From: a virus
Lineage: Duplodnaviria; Caudoviricetes
DNA: 32,306 bases
Virus record (IMG/VR): IMGVR_UViG_3300029823_000384
Span: 1 to 32,306 of that record
Direction: 5' to 3' (one strand)
Shown: in pieces, positions 1-8,466 of the stretch
Layout: each line of letters begins with the position of its first letter
Numbering within the stretch: the first letter of the stretch is position 1
Made by a program: the position numbers and the translations under genes
Notes under the pieces: generated by a model
Database searches by the model: none
What the model saw: only the letters and a program-made list of their open reading frames with translations
Told to the model about the DNA's origin: nothing

Positions 1-735
1 TTTACTTGGCGATAAAATAACAATGTCATCCATATATCTGATATAGCGCCGTATCCTGAACGTACGCTTTGCAAACTGATCCAGCTCATTCATATATAAG
101 TTTGCAAACATTTGTGATGTGAGATTTCCTATTGGGATTCCGATATCGAACAGCCGAGTACCTTCACTAAAATTTTGACTTAATGGCAGGCCAAACGGAG
201 TGTCTTCGGATTCGATAATAGTATGAAAAAGTTTCATTAAATCCGAGTCGTCTATCTTCGAGGCCAAGATATTAAGCAATACTTGATGGTCAACGCGGTA
301 AAAAAATTTTGCTATGTCAAGTTTGAGATAATACATTTTTTCGTATTTGCAATCCAACCGCAGCCAATAGTTTATGCGTTTGACCGCAGCGTGAATGCCG
401 CGTCCGGGGATACATGCATAACTGTCTAAAATGTAGGACCGTGAAAAAATTGGGTTTACTATGCGGTAAACAGCCCATTGGAGGACGCGGTCTCTAAACG
501 GCAGCGCCATTACAAGCCGGCGCTTTGGTTCATAGACATAGAATTCACGGTATCTGCCAACTTTATAAGAATGATAAATCAGTTCGTTCTGAAGTTCTAT
601 TAGGTTTTCTTCCAAATTAGCCGAAAAGGCAAGGACTTCAGGGCAATACCTTTTGTTTTTTCGCGCGGAGAGATACGCATTATAAAGATTTTCGTAATCG
701 TAAATTTTAGGATATAAATTCTTGTAACGCTTCAT
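1..735 (-). CDS. DGR reverse transcriptase (3' part beyond left edge)
   Basis: Not in ORF track; hand translation from ATG at 735 (GGAG RBS upstream): MKRYKNLYPKIYDYENL...YEPKRRLVMALPFRDRVLQ...YLKLDIAKFF...GIPIGNLTSQMFANLYMNELDQF...YIRYMDDIVIL. Has the DGR-type GxxxSQ motif and catalytic YMDD; frame open to base 1. Confidence 0.96.
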   Translation of the reverse strand, partial: MKRYKNLYPKIYDYENLYNAYLSARKNKRYCPEVLAFSANLEENLIELQNELIYHSYKVGRYREFYVYEPKRRLVMALPFRDRVLQWAVYRIVNPIFSRSYILDSYACIPGRGIHAAVKRINYWLRLDCKYEKMYYLKLDIAKFFYRVDHQVLLNILASKIDDSDLMKLFHTIIESEDTPFGLPLSQNFSEGTRLFDIGIPIGNLTSQMFANLYMNELDQFAKRTFRIRRYIRYMDDIVILSPSK

Positions 736-906
736 TGCAATCTCTCCTGAAATAAATATTATTGTGCTTTGCGGAATTCGCTGCTGCTAATATCGGCATA
801 CACAATCATACAATTTTTTGCCGTTTATCGGCATGGAAACAGACCCCTTTATCCCCTGTACCGGAATCAAACCACGTAGGTTTGATACATCTGACTTTTG
901 GGGTAG
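736..906 (-). ncRNA. DGR TR-RNA 3' spacer (structured region between TR and RT)
   Basis: Hairpin ATCAAACC/GGTTTGAT (866-886), TGCCG/CGGCA hairpin (about 819-833), and CCCC...GGGG complementarity; position matches the DGR spacer used in cDNA priming. Confidence 0.6.
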
Positions 907-1017
907 AGCGGCGCGAAACCCGTGGTTCGAGTTCGTGTTGGTACGGGAATTGTTCAAGTACAAATAGAAAACGCCAGCGTTCGTGCCATTGCTCCAGTAG
1001 CCGCCACGCTCCGCAAC
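907..1017 (-). repeat. DGR template repeat (TR)
   Basis: 111-nt ungapped match to 1543-1653 with 11 mismatches, 10 at TR adenines (coding strand). TR reads VAERGGYWSNGTNAGVFYLYLNNSRTNTNSNHGFRAA, with 23 adenines and 7 AAY codons. Confidence 0.97.
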
Positions 1018-1385
1018 TAACGGCCTGTCCCCTGATAACGGTTTGTATTAACGGATTTTATCCAGCCTCCAACCATTCTGCCTATTTCAATGGCCATTCC
1101 CGACCATATCTCATATTTTTTAAATGGAAGGAATCCAAGGCTTTGAGAAAGTCTCAAATACGCTTTTAGTTTGGCCACTTCTACATCGAGCTCTTGTAAA
1201 GTAGTTTTTTTATAATACTTTTTACTTGCTTCAATAACTCTCTCTAAAATAATATCAAGGCAATGTTTAATATCAGCAGCCAAAGCAAATTTCTCTGATT
1301 TTGGGAATTGAGCCAAAGCGCCATATCCGTATTTAATCATATCGAAAACTTTTTGCAGTATTTTCAAGCTCTCCAAAAATAACAC
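1017..1385 (-). CDS. avd: DGR accessory variability determinant (Avd, four-helix bundle)
   Basis: LKILQKVFDM...FPKSEKFALAADIK...KKTTLQELDVEVAKLKAYLRLS...EIGRMVGGWIK typical of Avd; lies between target and TR. Real start may be TTG at 1376. Confidence 0.93.
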   Translation of the reverse strand: MLFLESLKILQKVFDMIKYGYGALAQFPKSEKFALAADIKHCLDIILERVIEASKKYYKKTTLQELDVEVAKLKAYLRLSQSLGFLPFKKYEIWSGMAIEIGRMVGGWIKSVNTNRYQGTGR

Positions 1386-1415
1386 CGTCCGTTAAAAAAA
1401 CACCGTCTGCGATAG

Positions 1416-1424
1416 ATTATAACA
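1416..1424 (-). promoter_or_regulatory. Putative extended -10 promoter for avd-TR-RT
   Basis: - strand TGTTATAAT (TGnTATAAT) in an AT-rich gap about 30-40 nt upstream of avd; no well-spaced -35. Confidence 0.5.
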
Positions 1425-1485
1425 CTATTTTATAATTTTATAACAAAATGTTATTTTCTAACGGAGTACGTTATTTTCTAAAATT

Positions 1486-1509
1486 TTTACCCGGCTATCG
1501 CCGGGTAAA
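1486..1509 (-). promoter_or_regulatory. DGR target-recognition hairpin downstream of VR
   Basis: Perfect 10-bp stem TTTACCCGGC/GCCGGGTAAA with 4-nt loop (GATA on coding strand, GRNA type), 21 nt after the target stop codon. Confidence 0.85.
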
Positions 1510-1530
1510 CAGAATACAGCGTTACAAGTA

Positions 1531-2898
1531 TCAGGCTTCAAAAGCGGCGCGACACCCGCGGCCCGAGTCCGTGTAGGGACGGGAATTGCTCAAGTACAAA
1601 TAGAAAACGCCAGCGCTCGCGCCATTGCTCCAGCAGCCGCCACGCTCCGCAACATATTCGGAATTTGCGCCAGTACCCTGATACTGATAATCATTACCAA
1701 ACTCAGCACGGCCTGTATTATCGGTAGTACTCGCGATGGCGTGCTTTGCGACTTTTACATCAGTATTTAAGGCGGTTACATATCTGTTACTCGAAGTATC
1801 TGACATTTGTATGCCGGTATCCATTTCATTAACATATAAATAACCCATCCCGCTGCTGCCAACCTTGAGTTTTAATCCCGTAGTCCATTCGTATATATTT
1901 CCGTTGAGGTCGTACGCGCCGTTGGTGCGGCCAGTATGACTGGTAAGGTTTTTCCCTGCCTCCCATCCTGATTTTCTGCCTGTTCCGGTCAATGCACGTC
2001 CTGAAATAGTCGGATCGGCTATAAATGTAATATTGTTGTCATCACAATCTTTAAGACTACTATTATTCCCGTAAGGTCCCCAGCGGTTCGAACCGAATCG
2101 CTCCGGACCTAAAATCATAGAATAGATTCCAAGTGAAACCCATTCATCGTCTGATATTAAATGGATGCTTAAATCTTTTCCTGAAACTGTATCAGAGGCA
2201 GCGCAGGCAGCGGCAGCTTTATCAATATTAATATTAGTCCAAGGTATAGTACCTTGTTTTGAAACTGCTATGGTACTTGTGCCTTCATCTGATGGAGTAG
2301 AATCAGATCGTGACATTTGGTATTTCGCAGCGTAAAACGGCCTAAAAAGAATCGTATTATAATCAATCCCGTTCTCACCGGTTGATGGGCGATGACGCAC
2401 GAAGAAACCAACGGGCCTTGAATTATATCCACAGTTAGCAGGTTTTATCAACTGATATACGCGAAAGCCCGGCTGGTATGTCCATGTAGAATACCCAAGC
2501 TGAAAGTCGTGGACTTCCAATGACGAATCGCAAAATTTAACAGGTGTCCCGTTTGCATAGCCGCCGCTCGGTGCGCCCGGAAAAATTGTAATTGAAATCT
2601 TGTTTCCAGCCGCCGAGCCACCGGCAGATACTAAATGATAATTGTTACCAATTTTAATCATAGCGGACTTGTTGATATTGCCTGTGAGGGTACCGCTGCC
2701 ATAAATATTAACATTCTGGCTACCTGCTGCTACAGATTCGACTGCTAAACCAACTTCAGAAGACAGTGTATGTGGAACATCAGCCCAATGTTTACGCTGC
2801 CAAAGAGAAGCAAACACTTCCACATCATCACTGTTGAGGGCAAAATTATCAATTGGAAGTTCCGGCGTTGTTTTTGGGGTTGGATTTATGATAATCAT
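1531..2898 (-). CDS. DGR target protein, C-terminal CLec/FGE-like fold; probable receptor-binding protein
   Basis: Motifs AKYQMS, PWTNI, HLISDDEW, GAYDLNGNIYEW, RGGxW; VR at extreme C-terminus; last gene of the tail module. Confidence 0.9.
   Translation of the reverse strand: MIIINPTPKTTPELPIDNFALNSDDVEVFASLWQRKHWADVPHTLSSEVGLAVESVAAGSQNVNIYGSGTLTGNINKSAMIKIGNNYHLVSAGGSAAGNKISITIFPGAPSGGYANGTPVKFCDSSLEVHDFQLGYSTWTYQPGFRVYQLIKPANCGYNSRPVGFFVRHRPSTGENGIDYNTILFRPFYAAKYQMSRSDSTPSDEGTSTIAVSKQGTIPWTNINIDKAAAACAASDTVSGKDLSIHLISDDEWVSLGIYSMILGPERFGSNRWGPYGNNSSLKDCDDNNITFIADPTISGRALTGTGRKSGWEAGKNLTSHTGRTNGAYDLNGNIYEWTTGLKLKVGSSGMGYLYVNEMDTGIQMSDTSSNRYVTALNTDVKVAKHAIASTTDNTGRAEFGNDYQYQGTGANSEYVAERGGCWSNGASAGVFYLYLSNSRPYTDSGRGCRAAFEA
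1543..1653 (-). repeat. DGR variable repeat (VR) at 3' end of target gene
   Basis: Matches TR; encodes VAERGGCWSNGASAGVFYLYLSNSRPYTDSGRGCRAA; homology ends after GC-rich CGCGCCGCT (IMH/IMH* boundary). Confidence 0.97.
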
Positions 2899-3209
2899 TT
2901 TGTCTGCACCGCCTTTAATACTAAAATATTTTCCTTTTCATCTACAATATGAACAGCACAAACCCAATAGTTCTGCATGTTTGGAAAGTTCTCCAGAGAA
3001 GGTCGTTCCTCTTCTTCTGCTATAAAGACATATCCGCTTGGAGTTAAATAAACCACGCCATCCTTTAATTCAAATTCCGCTGCCGGCATTTTGTATGTAA
3101 CATTACATATATAAATTTCGGCAGCAGGAAACTGAAGCTTTCCATTTGACATAGTTGGCGTGATGTTCCATGCAATGTCAGGATATTCCGCTGATACAGT
3201 TCTACTCAT
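2895..3209 (-). CDS. Hypothetical tail-associated protein
   Basis: GGAGG RBS; 4-nt overlap with target gene; in tail operon. Confidence 0.75.
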   Translation of the reverse strand: MSRTVSAEYPDIAWNITPTMSNGKLQFPAAEIYICNVTYKMPAAEFELKDGVVYLTPSGYVFIAEEEERPSLENFPNMQNYWVCAVHIVDEKENILVLKAVQTK

Positions 3210-3220
3210 CTTAATCCTCC

Positions 3221-3715
3221 TTATGCGGCCCGATAATATTTGACCGCTGTCAGACAGAAACCGCCGCTGTGTGTATCCGTTTCGCTTGATCCTACACGCC
3301 TGATTTTAATCCGCAGCGTATGGCCGTCTCCCGTAGGGATTGCTGAAACGGGAATTGGATTTGCAAACGTCGTTGTGTGAATTGCCTTATCGGAAGGAGC
3401 GTCTATGTTTTCGGCGTTCATCCATACAAAAGTTGCTCCGTCGAAACTGTATGCAATCTGTAGACTGATTTTCTGTGCGCTTTGCTCAGAATCCATATAA
3501 TATTCCAACGATATAGGGATATCGATACGCTGTGCCCAGTCAGTTTCCATCAATAGCTCGCGATCTTCGCCTGCTTTGAAAGATGCGGCAGGAATGCCGT
3601 TTGTATTGCTTACTTGTTCCGGAGCGCTTTCGGTGTCGGGATTAAATCCGTAAACTGAAAATTTATTAAAAGTCTGTGCGTCCACATATGATTTTGGCGC
3701 TAAAATAATGTTCAT
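3221..3715 (-). CDS. Hypothetical tail fibre-associated protein
   Basis: AAGGAG RBS, co-oriented between fibre base and DGR target. Confidence 0.75.
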   Translation of the reverse strand: MNIILAPKSYVDAQTFNKFSVYGFNPDTESAPEQVSNTNGIPAASFKAGEDRELLMETDWAQRIDIPISLEYYMDSEQSAQKISLQIAYSFDGATFVWMNAENIDAPSDKAIHTTTFANPIPVSAIPTGDGHTLRIKIRRVGSSETDTHSGGFCLTAVKYYRAA

Positions 3716-3726
3716 GGTTAATCTCC

Positions 3727-4527
3727 TTATAAAATATTTTGCGCAACAAATTCAAGCTTGCCGCCTATGTTTTGGAGCGATATAATGCCTGTTCCGGTTT
3801 CGTCGTCAGTAAAAATAACTTCACCGGCCTCGTTGAATTTTATAGGCAGTTCCATCGCCGCCGTCGCATCATTATCCACCATCTCAATTGGCACGGTCGA
3901 CCCACCTCCTCCGACTTTACTCTTATTAATTACCAGTGCCCCATCTGCATCAAGTTTGAAATCGTTAGAGAGCTTGACCAGCCCATCATGGCTGTAGTCC
4001 GCTTGCGAAACATTAAGGTCTTCGGCGGTCAAGGTAATATCGGAGGCCAAGTTTTTCCCGTTGATCTTACGGCTGGCCGGAACGAAAATTAGGCTTTCGT
4101 CGATAGTGGCGGTAATGTTGGCCGCATTGCCGACCACAGCGGCCATGATGAATGTGAATTCCGTTGGGCTGACACTGTAAGTTGGAATTCTGTCCGCACT
4201 GACGGCGGCATATCCGTAGGCATACAACACCGTCCCAAGGTCGGCATCGTCGACGAACAGGCCGACTTCACGCCAATAAAATGGTACGGAAATTCCTTTA
4301 TTGCTAAAATATCCTTTTACTTTGGCGGTTTTATTCGCGGTTTCCATGCCAATAATTGAGATATCTTTAACTGGATCAATCAGCTTCTGAAGACCTGTAA
4401 TATCAGTGCCGTCCTGAAGAGTTCCCTGCCCGATCTGCATCTTTGAGAAATGCAATTCTTGTCCAATCTGAGCTTTTGCCAGCAATGTTTCTCCGGCTGC
4501 CGTCAGATAAAATTTTTCTATCGCCAC
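3727..4527 (-). CDS. Tail fibre proximal (tail-collar) protein
   Basis: N-terminal LTAAGETLLAKAQ..L.FSKMQIGQG...FYWREVGLF...LYAY motif of baseplate-attached fibres; RKINGKNLASDITL repeat-type motif. Confidence 0.8.
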   Translation of the reverse strand: MAIEKFYLTAAGETLLAKAQIGQELHFSKMQIGQGTLQDGTDITGLQKLIDPVKDISIIGMETANKTAKVKGYFSNKGISVPFYWREVGLFVDDADLGTVLYAYGYAAVSADRIPTYSVSPTEFTFIMAAVVGNAANITATIDESLIFVPASRKINGKNLASDITLTAEDLNVSQADYSHDGLVKLSNDFKLDADGALVINKSKVGGGGSTVPIEMVDNDATAAMELPIKFNEAGEVIFTDDETGTGIISLQNIGGKLEFVAQNIL

Positions 4528-4529
4528 GT

Positions 4530-5054
4530 TTAATTCACCTGCCTTATTTCTAAAGTTTTTCCGGCCTGCATAAATGCTCCAAAGAATGATTGGCTTTCTG
4601 CCCCTTGTTCATATTTTAGCTGAAAAACCATGTTCGCCGGTTTTGCCTTATCAACCAAATTTATAATGTTTTTATGAGGAATTGCTTCCGATGGAAGCGC
4701 CGAAAGATAAATTGTAAATTTATATTGCTTTGGTAAAACTTCCATCCTTGCTGAAACCCCCGACTGTTTTTCAACCAAGTTTAATAAGGCAGAACCATTT
4801 ATAACGCTGTTGGCCTGAATTTTTGCCGCTATAAGTTTGCGGCGTTCAAAAAGCGTTCCGGAGCCGGCAAAGTTAAAAAGCTTTTCCCACCGTTCAATTG
4901 TTGGAAGATCCGCCGAAAGTACAAATTGATTCTGATAAGTTTGCTCTGCCTTTTGAAGCAAATTATCTGTCTGCGGATCGATTGCGCCGCCCAGAGCCTG
5001 AAAATCCTTTACATTATGAAGATACTCCGGAAGGTAATCAAGATACTGATACAT
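4530..5054 (-). CDS. Baseplate protein, XkdU/YmfQ (DUF2313)-like
   Basis: YLPEYL...QFVLSA...IERWEK...KPANM; follows baseplate J. Confidence 0.8.
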   Translation of the reverse strand: MYQYLDYLPEYLHNVKDFQALGGAIDPQTDNLLQKAEQTYQNQFVLSADLPTIERWEKLFNFAGSGTLFERRKLIAAKIQANSVINGSALLNLVEKQSGVSARMEVLPKQYKFTIYLSALPSEAIPHKNIINLVDKAKPANMVFQLKYEQGAESQSFFGAFMQAGKTLEIRQVN

Positions 5055-6138
5055 CTGTGTCCTCCGTTATAGCTACGCTGCCCTCGACCGGAATCTGATA
5101 ATCATCAAAAGCAGAGGAAAGAGTTATATTGCCTGCGTTCCCGTTTAAAAGCGTGTTCGACACATCGGCGACTCCGCTTACCGCAAGGATGGCCGCTTCC
5201 ACGCGGGCAGTTCGGATAATGCTGTCCGAAAATGCCAAGGATTCTAAATACTTTTGAACGGCGGTTTCTACGGGAGCCTGTATCCCGGCGATATCAACAC
5301 CGGTTTTGAGAGCCAGCGAAACCGAAATGTTAACCGGAAATTCTGTCACTGTTGAAATTGTTACACAGTGGCCGATAGGGGCAATCCCATAGCCTTGCCC
5401 GTGCGGTTCCGGATCAATTACATTCTGTACGGCCTGAATCAGGCTTTCGCTTGCCGGCTTATTTTCCGGTGCGACAATCACGCATTGAACCTTCCCTCCC
5501 TCATCATTTGGAGTAGGGAATACCTTTACAGCTCCGACACCGGGTATTTTTAGAATTTGCTGCTCATAATCGGCAACATTCCCACCGAAAGGCTGCTCAT
5601 TGATTTCTTTATAAAATCTCGTGCGCAGCTCATCATCAGACTCTTCCTCTTCGCCGGCAGCCAGTACTTCCGAAAGTGTAGCCGTACCAAGTCCCGCGAT
5701 ATTATCAATCGGCAGCAAGACACCAAAATAACTGTTACCGACAACGCCGGGCTGCTGGCACTGCAGCCGATATGTGCCGGATGATATTTTATTAATTACG
5801 GTATATGCAATACTATCCGCACCAAATTTTGTTCCGATAGGCACGTCCATTGGGCCGCCGCTCTCGTCGGTAAAAGATCCTTTTCTGATTGCATTTGTCG
5901 CGGCGTAACGGTTTACGCCATGTTCCGCGCAGCGGCGTGTTAAATCATCTCCGAGAGCGGTATCAGGCATTGTAGCGTCTTGAATGTTATCAGCGTAAAA
6001 TTGCTGCTCGACAAGTTGTGCAGCCACTGGCGCTAAAGCGGTATAAATAATACTGCCCTCGCGTATATCAACCTGATTTTTTAAATTATCCGGTATATTG
6101 TTCAGCATTTCCTGCATAAAGTCATCAAAAGTTTTCAT
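5038..6138 (-). CDS. Baseplate J/gp47-family protein (XkdT-like)
   Basis: DIREGSIIYTALAP, EEESDDELRTR, GGNVADYE, IPGVGAVKV, APIGHCVT. Confidence 0.92.
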   Translation of the reverse strand: MKTFDDFMQEMLNNIPDNLKNQVDIREGSIIYTALAPVAAQLVEQQFYADNIQDATMPDTALGDDLTRRCAEHGVNRYAATNAIRKGSFTDESGGPMDVPIGTKFGADSIAYTVINKISSGTYRLQCQQPGVVGNSYFGVLLPIDNIAGLGTATLSEVLAAGEEEESDDELRTRFYKEINEQPFGGNVADYEQQILKIPGVGAVKVFPTPNDEGGKVQCVIVAPENKPASESLIQAVQNVIDPEPHGQGYGIAPIGHCVTISTVTEFPVNISVSLALKTGVDIAGIQAPVETAVQKYLESLAFSDSIIRTARVEAAILAVSGVADVSNTLLNGNAGNITLSSAFDDYQIPVEGSVAITEDTDVSVS

Positions 6139-6518
6139 CAGGACTTTACCTCCGTTTGTGCAGCCCGGCTGCCGAATATAGTATCGATTGTAAAATAGAT
6201 TATACCGTTTTCAGCAGAAAAATCGCGGACATCCGTGATTCGCGTGTCCGTGCTGAGAGCATCTTTTATCATCCGTTTTGCTTCGCTGTAAGCATAATCA
6301 GAATCCTTTCCAACCAGAGTATTTAATTCACTGCCATATTGCCAAGAAAAAATAAGATGTTCATAGCGTTCGGTTTTCAGCGACATAAAAGCTGATTGTG
6401 CGACTGAGTCAATTCCGTCTATAAATCCGGAGATTCGATTGTTAGTCAAGTCCAGTTTCCAAGTTTTAGATGGGAATTCAGAAGTTTCAACGTCCTTAAC
6501 GTCAATTTGGGGAATCAA
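6138..6518 (-). CDS. Baseplate wedge protein, XkdS (DUF2634)-like
   Basis: LKTERYEHLIFSWQYGSEL...EAKRMIKDAL..D.RI...TIFG. Confidence 0.88.
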   Translation of the reverse strand: MIPQIDVKDVETSEFPSKTWKLDLTNNRISGFIDGIDSVAQSAFMSLKTERYEHLIFSWQYGSELNTLVGKDSDYAYSEAKRMIKDALSTDTRITDVRDFSAENGIIYFTIDTIFGSRAAQTEVKS

Positions 6519-6858
6519 TCATAACGCTCCTCTCCGCAGTATAAGCCTGAATGCGATCAAGTAAAATGTATTTTATACCGTCAATGCTGCCCGGTCGGCA
6601 TAGCAGCAGCACACCATCTCCGGCTTTTAAGGCTGGGCGCAAAACCTTTCCGTTTGCCTTTAATCCAATGCAATTATCAGTGGCATATAAGTCGTTAGTA
6701 TCGAGTTCCAATTTCTCGCTGACTTTAATTTTCAAAGGTGCCGTGGAAGATACTATACCTGTTAAAAAGCCGCCTCTGCCTGTATGGTCGAGAAATGCCC
6801 GGATGATTCGTTTGCATTGGTCAACAGTTACAAACATGTCAGGGCCTCCTTTAAACAA
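6502..6858 (-). CDS. Baseplate protein, XkdR (DUF2577)-like
   Basis: GIVSSTAPLKIK...LKAGDGVLL...YILLDRI; synteny; start probably the second Met (6837). Confidence 0.75.
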   Translation of the reverse strand: MFKGGPDMFVTVDQCKRIIRAFLDHTGRGGFLTGIVSSTAPLKIKVSEKLELDTNDLYATDNCIGLKANGKVLRPALKAGDGVLLLCRPGSIDGIKYILLDRIQAYTAERSVMIDSPN

Positions 6859-7807
6859 GTTTAAAATCCGCTTTTACGGTGTGAGAAATGTCTGTAAAAG
6901 TATGTACTGCCTTAGTACATAAGAGATATTTTCTTATTTTTGCACGAGGAACGTTTACATAAATCATATACCCGGCCCGAATGGTTTTATCGCCAAGGAT
7001 TTCTACACTGGTCAATTTTTGTTGCACTTTATTCTTTAAGCTAAGTAAAGCGTCCGACTTGGCTTTTGCTTGTTCGGCATTTACCGAATCGTCCAGCTTT
7101 TCATAATATTGCAGCAGCCCCCATTTTTTAATGGTGCTGCTGTCTTTAGAAATATAAATTTCTCTTTTTCCCGTATCTTTATTGTCGCGGGCGAGCTTAA
7201 TTTGGTTATAGGTTTCATCATCAATACTGCGCTCATAATTGTAGTTAAAAATAGTAGTGTCGGTTCCTGCCAGTAAATTTGAAACCGTTGATTCAATGTT
7301 TCTAAGAACAGCTGAACCGAACTCGTCTTTAAAGTAAAAGTATTTTTTTGTATTTCGTAATGTTAAATTTATGCAGTCGGAAATCATATCTAAAACGACC
7401 TTATTGTCAAAAGGGGAGAGTTTTCCGAGGTTGTAGCCGGTATCCTCAATAGTCCCTGCCTTCAGTCCAAAATCGGAAAAGACTTGCCGGGCCGCCTGAG
7501 AAGCTGTTTTATTTTTGAAGCTATATGTATCTTTTGCTTTTAAGTATCTCAACTGGTCGTAAGCTGTAATCTTAGACGGGTCGTTATTACTCCAACTATT
7601 TTTAAAGATAAATCCTTTAAAATACGGATCATTGCCATATTTTACGCTTACCGCATTGCCTTCTGAAGGCAGGACAACATCATTTTGCAGAATATTAAAT
7701 TTGCAAATTCCGGCTTGGTTAATATTATCGGTAAATTCAACAGAGTCAACAATTTGAGATATGTCAAAAATACTCCCGCTTTCGGAGGTTAACATCACTT
7801 CCAACAC
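6851..7807 (-). CDS. Baseplate hub protein, XkdQ/YqbQ-like
   Basis: ITAYDQLRYLKAKDTY, IKKWGLLQYYEK, LGDKTIRAG. Confidence 0.88.
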   Translation of the reverse strand: MLEVMLTSESGSIFDISQIVDSVEFTDNINQAGICKFNILQNDVVLPSEGNAVSVKYGNDPYFKGFIFKNSWSNNDPSKITAYDQLRYLKAKDTYSFKNKTASQAARQVFSDFGLKAGTIEDTGYNLGKLSPFDNKVVLDMISDCINLTLRNTKKYFYFKDEFGSAVLRNIESTVSNLLAGTDTTIFNYNYERSIDDETYNQIKLARDNKDTGKREIYISKDSSTIKKWGLLQYYEKLDDSVNAEQAKAKSDALLSLKNKVQQKLTSVEILGDKTIRAGYMIYVNVPRAKIRKYLLCTKAVHTFTDISHTVKADFKLV

Positions 7808-7818
7808 GAATATTCCCC

Positions 7819-8466
7819 CTATGGAATTACTAATACCCAGCCGGGATAAATCAAGCTTGGGTTCTTTATTTTAGATTTATTTGCATTTACTATTTTTGTG
7901 TATTGTGAACCGTTGCCGTAATATTTTTTTGCAATGTTCCACAGGCAGTCGCCTTTCTTTACAGTATACGTTTTTGTAGCCGGTGCTTTTGTTGCCCTAA
8001 CCGGCTGTTTGCTTGCTTGCGCTGTGGGGGCTGCTGCTGCTTTTTTAATGATTTGTACTCTTTTTATAACAGGCTCCTGAAACTCTTTTAACTCAAGTGT
8101 GTAATAATACTCGTTGGTTTCTCCAAAATGTTGTGATGGGGAAAACTGTTCAATGCTGCATGGCAGATTGATGTCCATGCCGTCGCCGGTAATAATCAAG
8201 CGCGTCGGAGACTGTTTTTCCATTAGCTCATAAATATTGTCAACATATGTTTTCGCCGGCAGCGGAGAGCTGATCGAAGAAAACGGATAAACATTGTCGG
8301 TAAACAGGCTTTTAATAGTTACTTCTTTAAGTTTGCGCTTGCCGATCTTGGTAACTTCGCCTAAATCGACAATATCAAACTGCTTATTATTGCCTTGTGC
8401 CTTAATAGTAACGTCCTCAAATGGATTCACGGGTAACTGCACTCCGTTCAAAAAAGTCTTAATCAT
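7819..8466 (-). CDS. XkdP-like LysM tail protein
   Basis: LPVNP N-terminus; C-terminal LysM YTVKKGDCLWNIAKKYYGNGSQYTKI...NPSLIYPGWVLVIP. Confidence 0.92.
   Translation of the reverse strand: MIKTFLNGVQLPVNPFEDVTIKAQGNNKQFDIVDLGEVTKIGKRKLKEVTIKSLFTDNVYPFSSISSPLPAKTYVDNIYELMEKQSPTRLIITGDGMDINLPCSIEQFSPSQHFGETNEYYYTLELKEFQEPVIKRVQIIKKAAAAPTAQASKQPVRATKAPATKTYTVKKGDCLWNIAKKYYGNGSQYTKIVNANKSKIKNPSLIYPGWVLVIP

Noticed and set aside
1-735. RT as group II intron, retron or Abi RT
   Set aside because: Adjacent avd, TR/VR pair with adenine-specific differences and the GNLTSQ motif identify a DGR RT.
762-1169. 135-aa + strand ORF
   Set aside because: Antisense shadow over spacer, TR and avd; no RBS or recognisable motif.
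2895-4527. Second DGR variable repeat in other tail genes
   Set aside because: No further TR-like sequence seen by eye in these genes or elsewhere in the window.
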